From positions 27,014-91,013 of the forward strand of contig JALSNW010000025.1 in the NCBI GenBank assembly GCA_026986785.1: a DNA stretch of 64,000 nt, in the 5' to 3' direction. The stretch is from Deltaproteobacteria bacterium (GTDB taxonomy: Bacteria; Desulfobacterota; Dissulfuribacteria; Dissulfuribacterales; QOAL01). A program made the position numbers and the translations under genes. This document shows positions 19,304 to 28,836 of this stretch, piece after piece; position 1 is the first letter of the stretch; each line of letters starts with the position of its first letter. The notes under the pieces are model-generated. The model was not told the DNA's origin and made no database searches. It was given only the letters and a program-made list of their open reading frames with translations.

Positions 19304-19319
19304 GGGCATGTCCTTTGCT
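19304..19319 (+). promoter_or_regulatory. sigma-54 (-24/-12) promoter candidate GGGCATgtcctTTGCT upstream of flgF
   Basis: GG and GC elements have the canonical spacing. Consensus is TGGCAC-N5-TTGCW. The site lies 27 nt upstream of ATG 19346. Confidence 0.5.
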
Positions 19320-19345
19320 ATCCAAATGGCAGGAGGACATGTTTG

Positions 19346-20101
19346 ATGAACCAGACAGTGGCGATTCATCCCTATACGAGGCTTGGCCATATGGAGGCCT
19401 TGGAAGGTGCCATCATCCTGGAACGCAAGTTACAGGTATGTTCCAGCAATATGGCCAACCTCGAGACAAATGGTTTCAAGGCCCAGGGCACCACCTTTGA
19501 AGAGTACCTGTTGAAAGAACAGGATGGTACGAGGCGCACTGCAAAAGGTGAGGTGACGTGGGCAGATTTTTCCCAGGGTCCGGTACATTTTACAGGAAAC
19601 CCCTATGATTTTGCCATTGATGGTGAGGGTTTCTTTGTTGTTCAGACTCCGTCTGGACGTATGTATACGAGGGAAGGCAATTTTCATCTCGATAGCCAGT
19701 ACAGGCTCGTGACCCAAGAGGGATATCCTGTCCTGGGAGATGGTGTCCCGATTACCTTGGAAGATACCACGGGTTCAGGGGTATGGCTGAGTGAGGACAG
19801 GAATTTTTTCGTGGATGAGACCATGACCTCAAAGCTCGATGTGGTGCGGTTCAATGATCAGCAGAAACTGAAGAGATTGGGGCAAAACCTGTTTCAGGAG
19901 ACGAAGGGATCAGGACCTGCTGCGCCAGCCGAGACGCCAGTGAAGCAAGGTTACATAGAAAAGTCCAATGTGAATGCCATGAGGGAGATGGTCCATCTTA
20001 TCGATCTGTACAGGGGGTACGAGATGGAACAGAAGGCCTTGCAGGCAGAGGACCAGTTGGACAACAAGGCTGCAAACGACCTGGGAAAGACAGGCGGATA
20101 A
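19346..20101 (+). CDS. flgF: flagellar basal-body rod protein FlgF
   Basis: NMANLETNGFKA N-terminal rod motif, conserved C-terminal rod segment, and position before flgG. Start set at the ATG preceded by AGGAGGA. Confidence 0.8.
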   Translation: MNQTVAIHPYTRLGHMEALEGAIILERKLQVCSSNMANLETNGFKAQGTTFEEYLLKEQDGTRRTAKGEVTWADFSQGPVHFTGNPYDFAIDGEGFFVVQTPSGRMYTREGNFHLDSQYRLVTQEGYPVLGDGVPITLEDTTGSGVWLSEDRNFFVDETMTSKLDVVRFNDQQKLKRLGQNLFQETKGSGPAAPAETPVKQGYIEKSNVNAMREMVHLIDLYRGYEMEQKALQAEDQLDNKAANDLGKTGG

Positions 20102-20120
20102 ATCAAGGAGGAGTTGAGAT

Positions 20121-20900
20121 ATGAGAGCACTTTGGACAGGCGCATCTGGTATGAACAGTATGCAGTTCAACCTGGATGTGATCTCGAATAACTTGGCAAA
20201 CAGCAAAACCACGGCCTTCAAGAGGAGCCGGGCCGATTTTGAGGATCTCATATATCAGACCCTCAGGATGCCAGGTGCGGAAAATGGAGATGGTACAGAG
20301 GTGCCTACTGGTATGCAAATCGGTCTGGGTTCCAGGCCATCTTCTGTCCAGAAGATCTTTACCCAGGGAGATTATCAAACAACGGGTAATGAACTGGACT
20401 GGGCCATAGAGGGCAGGGGTTTTTTCAAGATATTGAGTAATGGGGAGGATTATTACACCAGGGACGGCTCCTTCAAGCTGGACCGTGACGGTTACATTGT
20501 AAATTCCAATGGAGACAGGCTGCAACCTGAATTCGCCGTACCCCAGGGGACAGTAAAGATCACCATTGATTCGTATGGCATGGTCACTGCCTCGGATCAG
20601 GCTGGCAATCCCCTGGCGACTCAGCAGTTGACCATAACTGATTTCCCCAATCCTGCTGGGCTCATAAGCATTGGCAGAAACCTGTTTCGTCAGAGTGAGG
20701 CCTCTGGGGATCCCATAGAGGGAAATCCTGGTACAGACAGTTTTGGCACCATTGCCCAGGGCTTCTTGGAGCAATCCAACGTGGACGTGGTGTTGGAGAT
20801 GGTGGATATGATCGTTACCCAGAGGGCCTATGAGCTCAACTCAAAGGCGGTACAGACGGCGGATGAGATGATGGGTATCGCCAACAACCTCAAACGATAA
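20121..20900 (+). CDS. flgG: flagellar distal rod protein FlgG
   Basis: N-terminus MRALWTGASGMNSMQFNLDVISNNLANSKTTAFK. C-terminus GFLEQSNVDVVLEMVDMIVTQRAYE. Confidence 0.95.
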   Translation: MRALWTGASGMNSMQFNLDVISNNLANSKTTAFKRSRADFEDLIYQTLRMPGAENGDGTEVPTGMQIGLGSRPSSVQKIFTQGDYQTTGNELDWAIEGRGFFKILSNGEDYYTRDGSFKLDRDGYIVNSNGDRLQPEFAVPQGTVKITIDSYGMVTASDQAGNPLATQQLTITDFPNPAGLISIGRNLFRQSEASGDPIEGNPGTDSFGTIAQGFLEQSNVDVVLEMVDMIVTQRAYELNSKAVQTADEMMGIANNLKR

Positions 20901-20904
20901 CCTG

Positions 20905-21690
20905 ATGCATTACGAGGACAGGCAGATGAAGACGGGAATGAAGGATATGACCATTGATATGGCCGCTTTTTTGACTGCTATTTTATGGATTGGTCTTTTC
21001 TTGAATATCTTTTCGTATACAGATGCGTGGGGCCAAGAGGCAACCATGCAGCTCATGGATACAGAGGCCTTGGCTGCCAAGTACGTTGCATACCTGAAAT
21101 CTCATTCTTCCTGGAAACCTGACGAGATGGAGATCCAAAATGTCCGCATCAATCCTCGGACAATATGGCTTCCAAAGGGGAAGGTTTCTTATTCCATCCA
21201 GGAGTCTGCTGGCGGTGCTCTTCTCGGCAGGGTCTCTTCATTGGTTACTATCATGGTAGATGGAAAGCCTGTCCGGCGTGCCAGGGCCTGTGCCACAATT
21301 GAGGTGTACAAGTCGGTCTTGTGTGCTGCCCAGGGACTTAGGCGGGGTCAGATCATCTCTGAAAGAGACCTGACAAGGGCCACTATGCCCCTTAGCAAAC
21401 TGAAGACGGGTTTTTATCAAAGGCCGGGAGATGTTATCGGTATGGCTGCAAGACGTTCACTGAGGCCGGGCCAGGCGATAACTGCAGACAGCCTGATGAG
21501 ACCGGCAGTTGTGAAACGGGGCAGCAGGGTGATGATCGTGGCCCAGTCTCCGGCAATTATCGTGAAGGTCCCTGGCCAGGTCCAGGAGAAGGGGGCTGTG
21601 GGGGATTTCGTGAGGGTTATGAACCTTGGTAGCCACAGGGTAGTCATTGCCCGTGTAGAAGATAGAAATACCGTAAGGGTCAATTTTTAG
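20905..21690 (+). CDS. flgA: flagellar P-ring assembly chaperone FlgA
   Basis: SAF-like C-terminal region (PGQAITADSLMRPAVVKRGSRVMIV...GDFVRVMNLGSHRVV). The exact start is uncertain. Confidence 0.85.
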   Translation: MHYEDRQMKTGMKDMTIDMAAFLTAILWIGLFLNIFSYTDAWGQEATMQLMDTEALAAKYVAYLKSHSSWKPDEMEIQNVRINPRTIWLPKGKVSYSIQESAGGALLGRVSSLVTIMVDGKPVRRARACATIEVYKSVLCAAQGLRRGQIISERDLTRATMPLSKLKTGFYQRPGDVIGMAARRSLRPGQAITADSLMRPAVVKRGSRVMIVAQSPAIIVKVPGQVQEKGAVGDFVRVMNLGSHRVVIARVEDRNTVRVNF

Positions 21691-21702
21691 GCGGAGACAA
21701 AA

Positions 21703-22416
21703 ATGAAGATGAAAGCCTGCTTCCACCTCACATTCTTTGTTGCCATCATACTGTTGTCTGGTTGCGCTATAAATACCCCGCCACCGATAAACCAGAGCAA
21801 CGATGCATCTTTTGCCCCTCTCCCCGTTGTACCTGCAAGGCCCCATGAGGGCTCCCTTTTTGATCCGGACTCCGAGACAAGTCTGGTTGCAGACTTCAGG
21901 GCCAAAAGGGTGGGAGATGTACTAACTGTGAGGATAGAAGAGGACCTGAAGGGGTCAAAAGACGTGAAGACAAAGACGGACAGAAAATCAGAGGTCAATA
22001 TAGGCCTTACAGGGCTGCTTGGTTGGGAGTTCAACAAAAGGGTCTCTCCCCGGTATCCAAATGAAAAGGTCAGCGCAGCCAATGCAATAGGGGGTATGGG
22101 TACTAACAAGTTTGATGGCCAGGGCCAGACCTCGAGGGATACGAGCCTATCGGGTACGATTTCAGTAAGGGTAGTAAAACAACTGCCCGGCGGGAATCTT
22201 TTGATTCGTGGGAGCAGGGAGATAAGTATAAACAGTGAAACACAGTATGTGATTCTTACTGGCATCGTAAGACCTGCAGACATCGAGCCAGGCAATGTGG
22301 TCTCATCCACCAGGATCGCAGATGCCCGAATAAGTTATACTGGTGGTGGGACATTGAGCGAGGTGCAGCGACCAGGTTGGCTGGGGAGATTGATGGGTAT
22401 CATCGCACCTTTTTAG
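21703..22416 (+). CDS. flgH: flagellar L-ring lipoprotein FlgH
   Basis: Lipobox LLSGC, and the conserved DFRAKRVGDVLTV...ITGIVRP..I segment. Confidence 0.9.
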   Translation: MKMKACFHLTFFVAIILLSGCAINTPPPINQSNDASFAPLPVVPARPHEGSLFDPDSETSLVADFRAKRVGDVLTVRIEEDLKGSKDVKTKTDRKSEVNIGLTGLLGWEFNKRVSPRYPNEKVSAANAIGGMGTNKFDGQGQTSRDTSLSGTISVRVVKQLPGGNLLIRGSREISINSETQYVILTGIVRPADIEPGNVVSSTRIADARISYTGGGTLSEVQRPGWLGRLMGIIAPF

Positions 22417-22470
22417 ATCCCTTTTCTCTATTCGCCAGGGGGCTTGTCCTGGGAAAATCAATGTATTGGG

Positions 22471-22492
22471 CAGGCAAAATGCCATTTGCCTG
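22471..22492. repeat. 8-bp perfect inverted repeat CAGGCAAA-N6-TTTGCCTG between flgH and flgI
   Basis: Read from the sequence. It lies 48 nt upstream of the sigma-54 candidate. No U-tract follows, so it is not a typical terminator. Confidence 0.3.
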
Positions 22493-22539
22493 GAAAAGGC
22501 GTTCGACAGCGCCTCCATGGACTTTTTTGTTTCTGGTAC

Positions 22540-22555
22540 TGGCCCGGTCTTTGCA
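22540..22555 (+). promoter_or_regulatory. sigma-54 promoter candidate TGGCCCggtctTTGCA upstream of flgI
   Basis: One mismatch to TGGCAC-N5-TTGCA, with correct spacing. It lies 48 nt upstream of ATG 22603. Confidence 0.55.
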
Positions 22556-22602
22556 CATTTTAATTCTCAAAGGACAGGAGAAGATTAAAACTCTCTGATA
22601 TC

Positions 22603-23760
22603 ATGAAGAATATGAATGAGATAGGAGTTTCAAAGCAGGATTTGGCAGTGGGTAGAATAGTCCGCTACTCGGCTTTATTTGCCGTCTTGATCATGGTCCT
22701 GGAGGCGTCCTTTGCAAGTGCAGCCCGACTAAAGGATATTGCATACGTACAAGGGCTTCGGGAAAATCAGTTGGTGGGCTATGGCATAGTTGTGGGCCTG
22801 AATGGTACTGGAGATGGTACCCAGGCCAAGTTCACCATACAGTCCATAGCCAACCTCATGGAGAGAATGGGCATAATAAATGTAGACCCGAAGCAGGTGA
22901 AGGTGAAAAATGTTGCTGGGGTGATGGTGACGGCAAAGTTGCCGCCATTGGCAAAGATTGGTCAAAAAATTGACGTAGTGGTCTCTTCTATAGGAGACGC
23001 AAAGAGCCTCTTGGGGGGGACCCTGCTGTTGACACCTCTCAAGGGTATAAATGGGGAGATATATGCAGTGGCCCAAGGGCCACTTAGTGTTGGTGGATAT
23101 TCAGCAGGTGGAGCTGGAGGCAGTGTACAGAAAAACCATCCCACTGCCGGCAGGATACCAAATGGAGCCACTGTGGAAAGAGAGATACCAGTGAATCTCT
23201 TGGCCAAACGGGAGCTCAAGATAAACCTTTACCAGCCAGACTTCACCACGGTGTCACGTCTCGTAGATGCCATAAATGATACCCTTGGGGCAGAGTTTGC
23301 AAAACCAGTTGATGCAGAGACTGTCAAGCTCAAGATCCCCCCAGAATATGAAGGCTCTCCAGTTGCCCTCATGGCAGCCATAGAAAATGTGGAGATCTCT
23401 CCCGATACCACGGCAAAGGTCATACTGGATGAGCGTACTGGGACTGTGGTCATGGGTAACCAGGTGCGGATATCGACTGTGGCAGTGGCACATGGCAATC
23501 TCAGTATCCAGATCAAGGAGAACCCCCAGGTATCCCAACCTGCTCCTTTTGCACGGAGAGGCCAGACAGTTGTGACGCCTGGAACAGAGGTGAAGGTCAA
23601 CGAAGGGGGAGGAAAACTCGTTCTATTGGATCATGGGGCCACAATAGGGCAGTTGGTGGCAGCACTCAATGCAGTAGGTGTTACACCAAGGGATCTCATA
23701 GCAATAATGCAGTCAATCAAGGCATCCGGGGCGCTCCAGGCAGATCTCCAGGTGATATGA
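22603..23760 (+). CDS. flgI: flagellar P-ring protein FlgI
   Basis: RLKDIAYVQGLRENQLVGYGIVVGLNGTGD, with conservation along the full length. Confidence 0.95.
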   Translation: MKNMNEIGVSKQDLAVGRIVRYSALFAVLIMVLEASFASAARLKDIAYVQGLRENQLVGYGIVVGLNGTGDGTQAKFTIQSIANLMERMGIINVDPKQVKVKNVAGVMVTAKLPPLAKIGQKIDVVVSSIGDAKSLLGGTLLLTPLKGINGEIYAVAQGPLSVGGYSAGGAGGSVQKNHPTAGRIPNGATVEREIPVNLLAKRELKINLYQPDFTTVSRLVDAINDTLGAEFAKPVDAETVKLKIPPEYEGSPVALMAAIENVEISPDTTAKVILDERTGTVVMGNQVRISTVAVAHGNLSIQIKENPQVSQPAPFARRGQTVVTPGTEVKVNEGGGKLVLLDHGATIGQLVAALNAVGVTPRDLIAIMQSIKASGALQADLQVI

Positions 23761-24086
23761 CAGGTATGGGGTGGACAATGGACTTGAGAACCAATGAAAC
23801 AGGCATGAGGCTCAAATGGTTGGCAGAAGATGCCCTCGGGCAGAAGCAGGAAGTGAGGTCGGGAAAGCTGAGGGAGGCATGTGATGGCTTTGAGGAGATT
23901 TTCGTCAACATGATGCTAAAGGAGATGAGGAAGGGCATTCCCAAGGCAGGCCTTTTCCCCGACAGCATCCAAAAGGATATTTATACAGACCTTTTTGATC
24001 AACAGGTGGCCAAGGAGATAGCTACAGGAAAGGGCATAGGGATTTCAGATATGCTTTATGAAAGGCTGTCGGAAAGGCAGAAATGA
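23757..24086 (+). CDS. rod-binding protein (FlgJ N-terminal domain only, no muramidase domain)
   Basis: 109 aa. EACDGFEEIFVNMMLKEMRK...LFDQQVAKEIATGKGIGISDMLYERL. Confidence 0.8.
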   Translation: MTGMGWTMDLRTNETGMRLKWLAEDALGQKQEVRSGKLREACDGFEEIFVNMMLKEMRKGIPKAGLFPDSIQKDIYTDLFDQQVAKEIATGKGIGISDMLYERLSERQK

Positions 24087-24763
24087 GAAGCAGTTTACTT
24101 GAAAAGGATGAGAACATGAAACATAGCAGCCAACAAATATTGAAAAAGGATGCCTTCCATGTCCAAAGTACGTTATCCAAAGAGGCCGTAGATCTCATGG
24201 ATAGTATCCTGGCCTCCTGGAGACAACTCGATGAACTCGTACAGGTGGAATGGAAAGCTGTCCTGAAAGGGGAGTTCATAAAGCTCTATCGTTTTGCCAG
24301 GGCTAAAGAGATCCTTTCCGATCATATAGAGGCCTATGAAAAGAGGCTGAGGGACATTTTCTGTGACATGCTATGTGCCCTTTCTGGGAAAGCACCCAAG
24401 GGCAGTATTACTGCCGCAGTTCTCCAGGCATTGCCTTTTGAAGAGAGAAGGTACCTTATGGACTTCCATGCTGAAAGGGCGAATCTGAAGATACGGGTGG
24501 CTTTTACGAATAGGCGTACAATGATGTGGGTGCGGGAACGTATGGATTTTACCAATGAACTCGTGGACATCCTCACTGGCAAGAAACTCAGGAAATCGGC
24601 GACATACTGTCCACCAGGCAGGTCTTTCATCTATAGAAAGAGTCCTGGGTTCGAGATACTGAACAAGGGGACAGCAGATACAGGGAACAACACCAAAACC
24701 ATTGGTACTGGTCATGGTTCCAAGGCTGTCAGTGCCTATTCAGACATGCAGACGCGGCGATAA
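24083..24763 (+). CDS. hypothetical flagellar-cluster protein, FlgN-like chaperone candidate
   Basis: 226 aa, helical, in the position normally occupied by flgN before flgK. The similarity is pattern-level only. Confidence 0.35.
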   Translation: MRSSLLEKDENMKHSSQQILKKDAFHVQSTLSKEAVDLMDSILASWRQLDELVQVEWKAVLKGEFIKLYRFARAKEILSDHIEAYEKRLRDIFCDMLCALSGKAPKGSITAAVLQALPFEERRYLMDFHAERANLKIRVAFTNRRTMMWVRERMDFTNELVDILTGKKLRKSATYCPPGRSFIYRKSPGFEILNKGTADTGNNTKTIGTGHGSKAVSAYSDMQTRR

Positions 24764-24777
24764 ACGGAGGAGATGAC

Positions 24778-27573
24778 ATGGCAGGGCTGACCAATCTCTT
24801 GAATATCGGCAAGGTGGGGCTTCTGGCCCAGCAGACGAGTCTTCAGACCATTGGGCACAATATCTCCAATGTGAACACGCCCGGGTTTTCCAGGCAAAAC
24901 GTGGAACTTTCTGCCAATGACCCAACTCCCACTTTCATAGGTCCCATTGGTAATGGAGTGGAGGCAACGGATATAGTTAGGGCATACGACAGGTTTATTA
25001 CCCAGACCCTTTTCGGAAAGCAGTCCAACATGAGCGGACTCGAGACCAGGGTCTCGGGCATGCAGATTATTGAAGGGGCCCTGAACGAGGTGGAAGAAAA
25101 CGGTATAAATGGCCTGTTGGAAGACTTCTGGAACGGGTGGGACGACCTTTCAAACAACGCAGAGGGCATGGCAGAGCGGACCACCCTTCTTCAACGTGGA
25201 GCCGCCTTGGCTGATGCCTTGAAAGACAAATACAACACACTTTTGAAACTCTCCAAGGATATAGACCTCAATATAGAATCATCAATAAAGGACATTAACC
25301 AGCTCTCCGGGCAGATAGCAGAGCTCAATGTCCAGATAGTCTCGGCAGAGGCCGGACACCATTCGGCCAATGATCTCAGAGACCAGAGAGACGAACTGGT
25401 CAGCCGATTGTCAAAGCTTGCAAACATACACTATTTTGAGACAGAGAGAGGCTCTTACACTGTGCTCATTGGCCAGGGCAGTCCATTGGTAGAAGACAAT
25501 GAATCCTGGAGCCTTGAGATGAGTGGTGGCAAGGTCAACTGGCTGGGAAGCAATGGCCAGAAATTCGAACTCACCACAAGAGACATAAGTGATGGCGAAC
25601 TTGGTGGTTGGCTGGACATAAAAAAGAGGTTAGAGCCTGCCGACCCCACCAAACTCGTTGGTTCCAGAGTCAATACCACCGGAGGTAATCCCATCAGGGA
25701 GTCGACCAGGTGGGATGCCATCGATGGTGTTTCTGTGACCGGGGATTTTACCATAGAGTTTTCCGGCACAGATCAGGATGGTAATCCAGTTGGGCCTGTT
25801 ACATTTCAATATACAAGCCCTCCAAACGAATCAAATGCAACCGTAGGGGACTTCCTCTCGGCTATCGAGGGTGCATTTCCTGACGTGGACGCAACAATCA
25901 CAGATGATGGCCGTATCAAGATAGAAGATACCAACCCTGGCAATGAGCCCATCTCTTTCCAGATAGAAAGTATAAGTGGTGGAATAACAGGTCTCAATCT
26001 GGGAAAATTTGATGGTTCCTATCCCCTGAGCTACATCGAAAAGTTGAACAAGATAGGCAAGGAGCTCATAAAATACGTAAATGGTCAGCACAGTCAAGGT
26101 GCAGGCCTGGTTCCACTTCAGGAGACCACTGCAGCCAATCGGGTGATTTCAGATAGTACTGCCATAAGCAGTCGTGCCTCCGGGCTGGAGTTTTCCGATC
26201 AGGTCCAGACAGGTTATTTCGAGATATATCTATACGACGCAAGTGGCAACCCTATAGACGCTGATGGTTCCACCATAGTGAACGAGCCCTACAGGATAGA
26301 CGTGACAGAGGGTGATACTACGCTGGCAGACATCAGAGATGCAATAAATGCGGACATACCCGACTTGAATGCCAGGATAGTGGACAACAGGCTTGTGATA
26401 GGTCTCGATGGTCCACCGGCCAGTGCCACGGGTTTTGCCTTTGGCAGGGATACTTCGGGTGCCCTGACCGCATTGGGCATGAATGCATTTTTTACCGGGG
26501 ACGATGCCTCAACTATTGGCATCAATACCAGGCTCCTGGAAGATCCAAGGCTGGTGGCAGCGGCCCAGGTAGAAAATGCTGGTGCCTATTCTGCCTTGAG
26601 CCACAGGGCCGTAATGGACGAAAACCGGGCCCTCGATGCCATGATCTCCAATGGCACTATCCATGTAGAGGTGATGGACACTAATGGCACTGTGACAGAT
26701 CAGCTCGATATAACAGTTGATAGAGACAATACCTCCCTGGCTGATATCTTGGGAAAGATAAGCGATATGGACGGTGTGCGAGCGTGGGTGGAAAAAGGGC
26801 TCGTACATGTGGAGACAGAGCAAAAGGGTTATACTGTATCCATAGACGACAGCGCAGGTGGTACGGATACAGGGCTCTTGGAGTTTCTGGACATGTCAGG
26901 TGGACCTGCTGCACGTCTCGATGGAGGGCTCAAGGTAGACAGGAGTTTTGACGTATTGAGTAGTTATGATACAGGCATAACCACTGGAACCAGCTTTACC
27001 ATAGACATCTTGGACGCAGACGGGAACATAATAGGGGGGCCTCCAAGCATTACAGTAGACGTGGATGCCGGGGACAACCTTTCGGACATAGCGGCAGCCA
27101 TAGATGCCAATGACAATATCTCTGCCCAGGTCGTAAATGGCAAGCTCCGTATAAGTGTTGAAGGCGCTGGAGACAGGTTCTACGTGAGGGATGATTCCCC
27201 AGGGCTTTTTTCCTTCCTGGACATGTCTGTCCCGAAAGGTGGGCAGCTTTCACCGGCAAACAATCTCAATGCCTTGGCCTTGAGGGATCTCAACAGAAAA
27301 CCAGTGGCAGATCTGGATGATGCAACCTTGAGTCAGTCCTATCAAGGCTTGGTTGGTACTGTGGGTATCCATACCAGGACATTCAATCTCGATCTCGATT
27401 TTGCAAAGGGCGCAGTAAGTGATCTTCAGGCAAAGAGGGAGAATGTATCAGGGGTCTCCATAGATGAAGAGCTCTCCAATCTGCTCAAGTTTCAGCATGC
27501 CTATACAGCAGCGGCCAAGCTGATAAAGGCTGCTGACGAGATGTTTTTGTCACTTCTAAATGCCAAGCAGTAG
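24778..27573 (+). CDS. flgK: flagellar hook-associated protein 1 FlgK (unusually long, 931 aa)
   Basis: N-terminus GLLAQQTSLQTIGHNISNVNTPGFSRQ. C-terminus GVSIDEELSNLLKFQHAYTAAAKLI. Confidence 0.9.
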   Translation: MAGLTNLLNIGKVGLLAQQTSLQTIGHNISNVNTPGFSRQNVELSANDPTPTFIGPIGNGVEATDIVRAYDRFITQTLFGKQSNMSGLETRVSGMQIIEGALNEVEENGINGLLEDFWNGWDDLSNNAEGMAERTTLLQRGAALADALKDKYNTLLKLSKDIDLNIESSIKDINQLSGQIAELNVQIVSAEAGHHSANDLRDQRDELVSRLSKLANIHYFETERGSYTVLIGQGSPLVEDNESWSLEMSGGKVNWLGSNGQKFELTTRDISDGELGGWLDIKKRLEPADPTKLVGSRVNTTGGNPIRESTRWDAIDGVSVTGDFTIEFSGTDQDGNPVGPVTFQYTSPPNESNATVGDFLSAIEGAFPDVDATITDDGRIKIEDTNPGNEPISFQIESISGGITGLNLGKFDGSYPLSYIEKLNKIGKELIKYVNGQHSQGAGLVPLQETTAANRVISDSTAISSRASGLEFSDQVQTGYFEIYLYDASGNPIDADGSTIVNEPYRIDVTEGDTTLADIRDAINADIPDLNARIVDNRLVIGLDGPPASATGFAFGRDTSGALTALGMNAFFTGDDASTIGINTRLLEDPRLVAAAQVENAGAYSALSHRAVMDENRALDAMISNGTIHVEVMDTNGTVTDQLDITVDRDNTSLADILGKISDMDGVRAWVEKGLVHVETEQKGYTVSIDDSAGGTDTGLLEFLDMSGGPAARLDGGLKVDRSFDVLSSYDTGITTGTSFTIDILDADGNIIGGPPSITVDVDAGDNLSDIAAAIDANDNISAQVVNGKLRISVEGAGDRFYVRDDSPGLFSFLDMSVPKGGQLSPANNLNALALRDLNRKPVADLDDATLSQSYQGLVGTVGIHTRTFNLDLDFAKGAVSDLQAKRENVSGVSIDEELSNLLKFQHAYTAAAKLIKAADEMFLSLLNAKQ

Positions 27574-27615
27574 TTTTTAGGGGCTTGGAACAGATAGGAT
27601 ACAGGGGATAGTGAT

Positions 27616-28512
27616 ATGAGAGTGACCATGAACACCATGTATAGCCAGATAAATTTAGATCTTTCCAGGCTGACTGAACGGCTGGCCGGCTATACGGATA
27701 GCATTTCTTCAGGGAAGCATTATCAGGTTCCATCTGATGCCCCTGTCAAGCTGACCCATGCGCTGGGTTTAAGGGATTCCCTGGCAGAGACCGAACAGTA
27801 CAAGAGGAACATATCCTATGGCAAGGGCTGGGTGCTCGCCACGGAGAATGTCCTTACGCATGTGACCGACAGGCTGACCCGGGCCAAGGAACTTGCCGTG
27901 GAAGGTGCGAATGATTCACAAAATGCCAGCACCAGAAAGGCTATTGCCCAGGAGGTCAAATCCATATTGGAAGAGGTCGTGAGCCTGGGAAATACGAGGC
28001 TTGGAGACAGGTATTTGTTGGCAGGTAGCAAGACTACAGGATATGGCTACAACGATAGGCCATTTGTCATGGACAATGATCAGAATGTATACTATCACGG
28101 CAACCAGGAAGACATTACCCTGGATGTCTCTGGTGGGAAAAAACAAAAGATCAATATAGATGGCAGGACAGGTCTGTTTGACAGTGGATCGTTCCATGCC
28201 CTCAAGGACCTGTACGACAGCCTGATGGCAAATAGTCAGCCAGATATAGAAAGTGCCATGGGGAAGCTGGACGACAGCATAGTTTACGTCAGCAACAAGA
28301 CTGCGGAGTTGGGGGCCATGGCCAACTCCCTGGATACCAAGGATGAAATGGCTGATTCCATGCAGGTTGTCAACAAGCAGGTACTGTCGGATGTAGAAGA
28401 TACGGACATGATCGAGGCCATAAATTCACTCAATGCCACCCAGACGGCTTATCAGGCAGCCCTGGGGGCAGCATCGAAGGTCATGCAGGTCACATTGGCA
28501 GATTATCTCTAA
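27616..28512 (+). CDS. flgL: flagellar hook-associated protein 3 FlgL
   Basis: Flagellin-like N and C termini (RVTMNTMYSQ...; INSLNATQTAYQAALGAASKVMQVTLADYL). Confidence 0.85.
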   Translation: MRVTMNTMYSQINLDLSRLTERLAGYTDSISSGKHYQVPSDAPVKLTHALGLRDSLAETEQYKRNISYGKGWVLATENVLTHVTDRLTRAKELAVEGANDSQNASTRKAIAQEVKSILEEVVSLGNTRLGDRYLLAGSKTTGYGYNDRPFVMDNDQNVYYHGNQEDITLDVSGGKKQKINIDGRTGLFDSGSFHALKDLYDSLMANSQPDIESAMGKLDDSIVYVSNKTAELGAMANSLDTKDEMADSMQVVNKQVLSDVEDTDMIEAINSLNATQTAYQAALGAASKVMQVTLADYL

Positions 28513-28550
28513 GACAGGCAAACTGGGCCAACAATGCCAGGGAGGGCGTA

Positions 28551-28781
28551 TTGCTGATATTTTCCAGGAAGATAGGAGAGAAGATACGGGTAGGAGACGA
28601 TATCGAGATCGTGGTACTTGAGATGAAAAAGGGGCAGGTGAGGCTGGGAATCAATGCCCCGAGAAACCTTTCCGTACACAGGGAAGAAGTGTACCAGAGG
28701 ATACTCGAGGAAAACAGGTTGGCAGCCGCCAGCGCCCTCGATACTGATGAAATCTTTGAAAAGATCTATAGAAAAGATTGA
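28551..28781 (+). CDS. csrA: carbon storage regulator CsrA (TTG start)
   Basis: LIFSRKIGEKIRVGDDIEIVVLEMKKGQVRLGINAPRNLSVHREEVY. SD GGGAGGG lies upstream. Confidence 0.95.
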   Translation: MLIFSRKIGEKIRVGDDIEIVVLEMKKGQVRLGINAPRNLSVHREEVYQRILEENRLAAASALDTDEIFEKIYRKD

Positions 28782-28836
28782 CCTCATACAAGGGTGCAGT
28801 ACAAGGACTTGAAATACGAAGAAAGAGAATAGGTAG

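Noticed and set aside
20103-22310. Two long antisense ORFs (223 aa and 207 aa) opposite flgG and flgH
   Set aside because: Both are shadow ORFs of highly conserved flagellar genes.
24754-24763. GCGGCGATAA resembling a sigma-28 -10 box before flgK
   Set aside because: There is no TAAA-type -35 element at the right spacing. The site is also too close to the SD and ATG to leave room for a leader.
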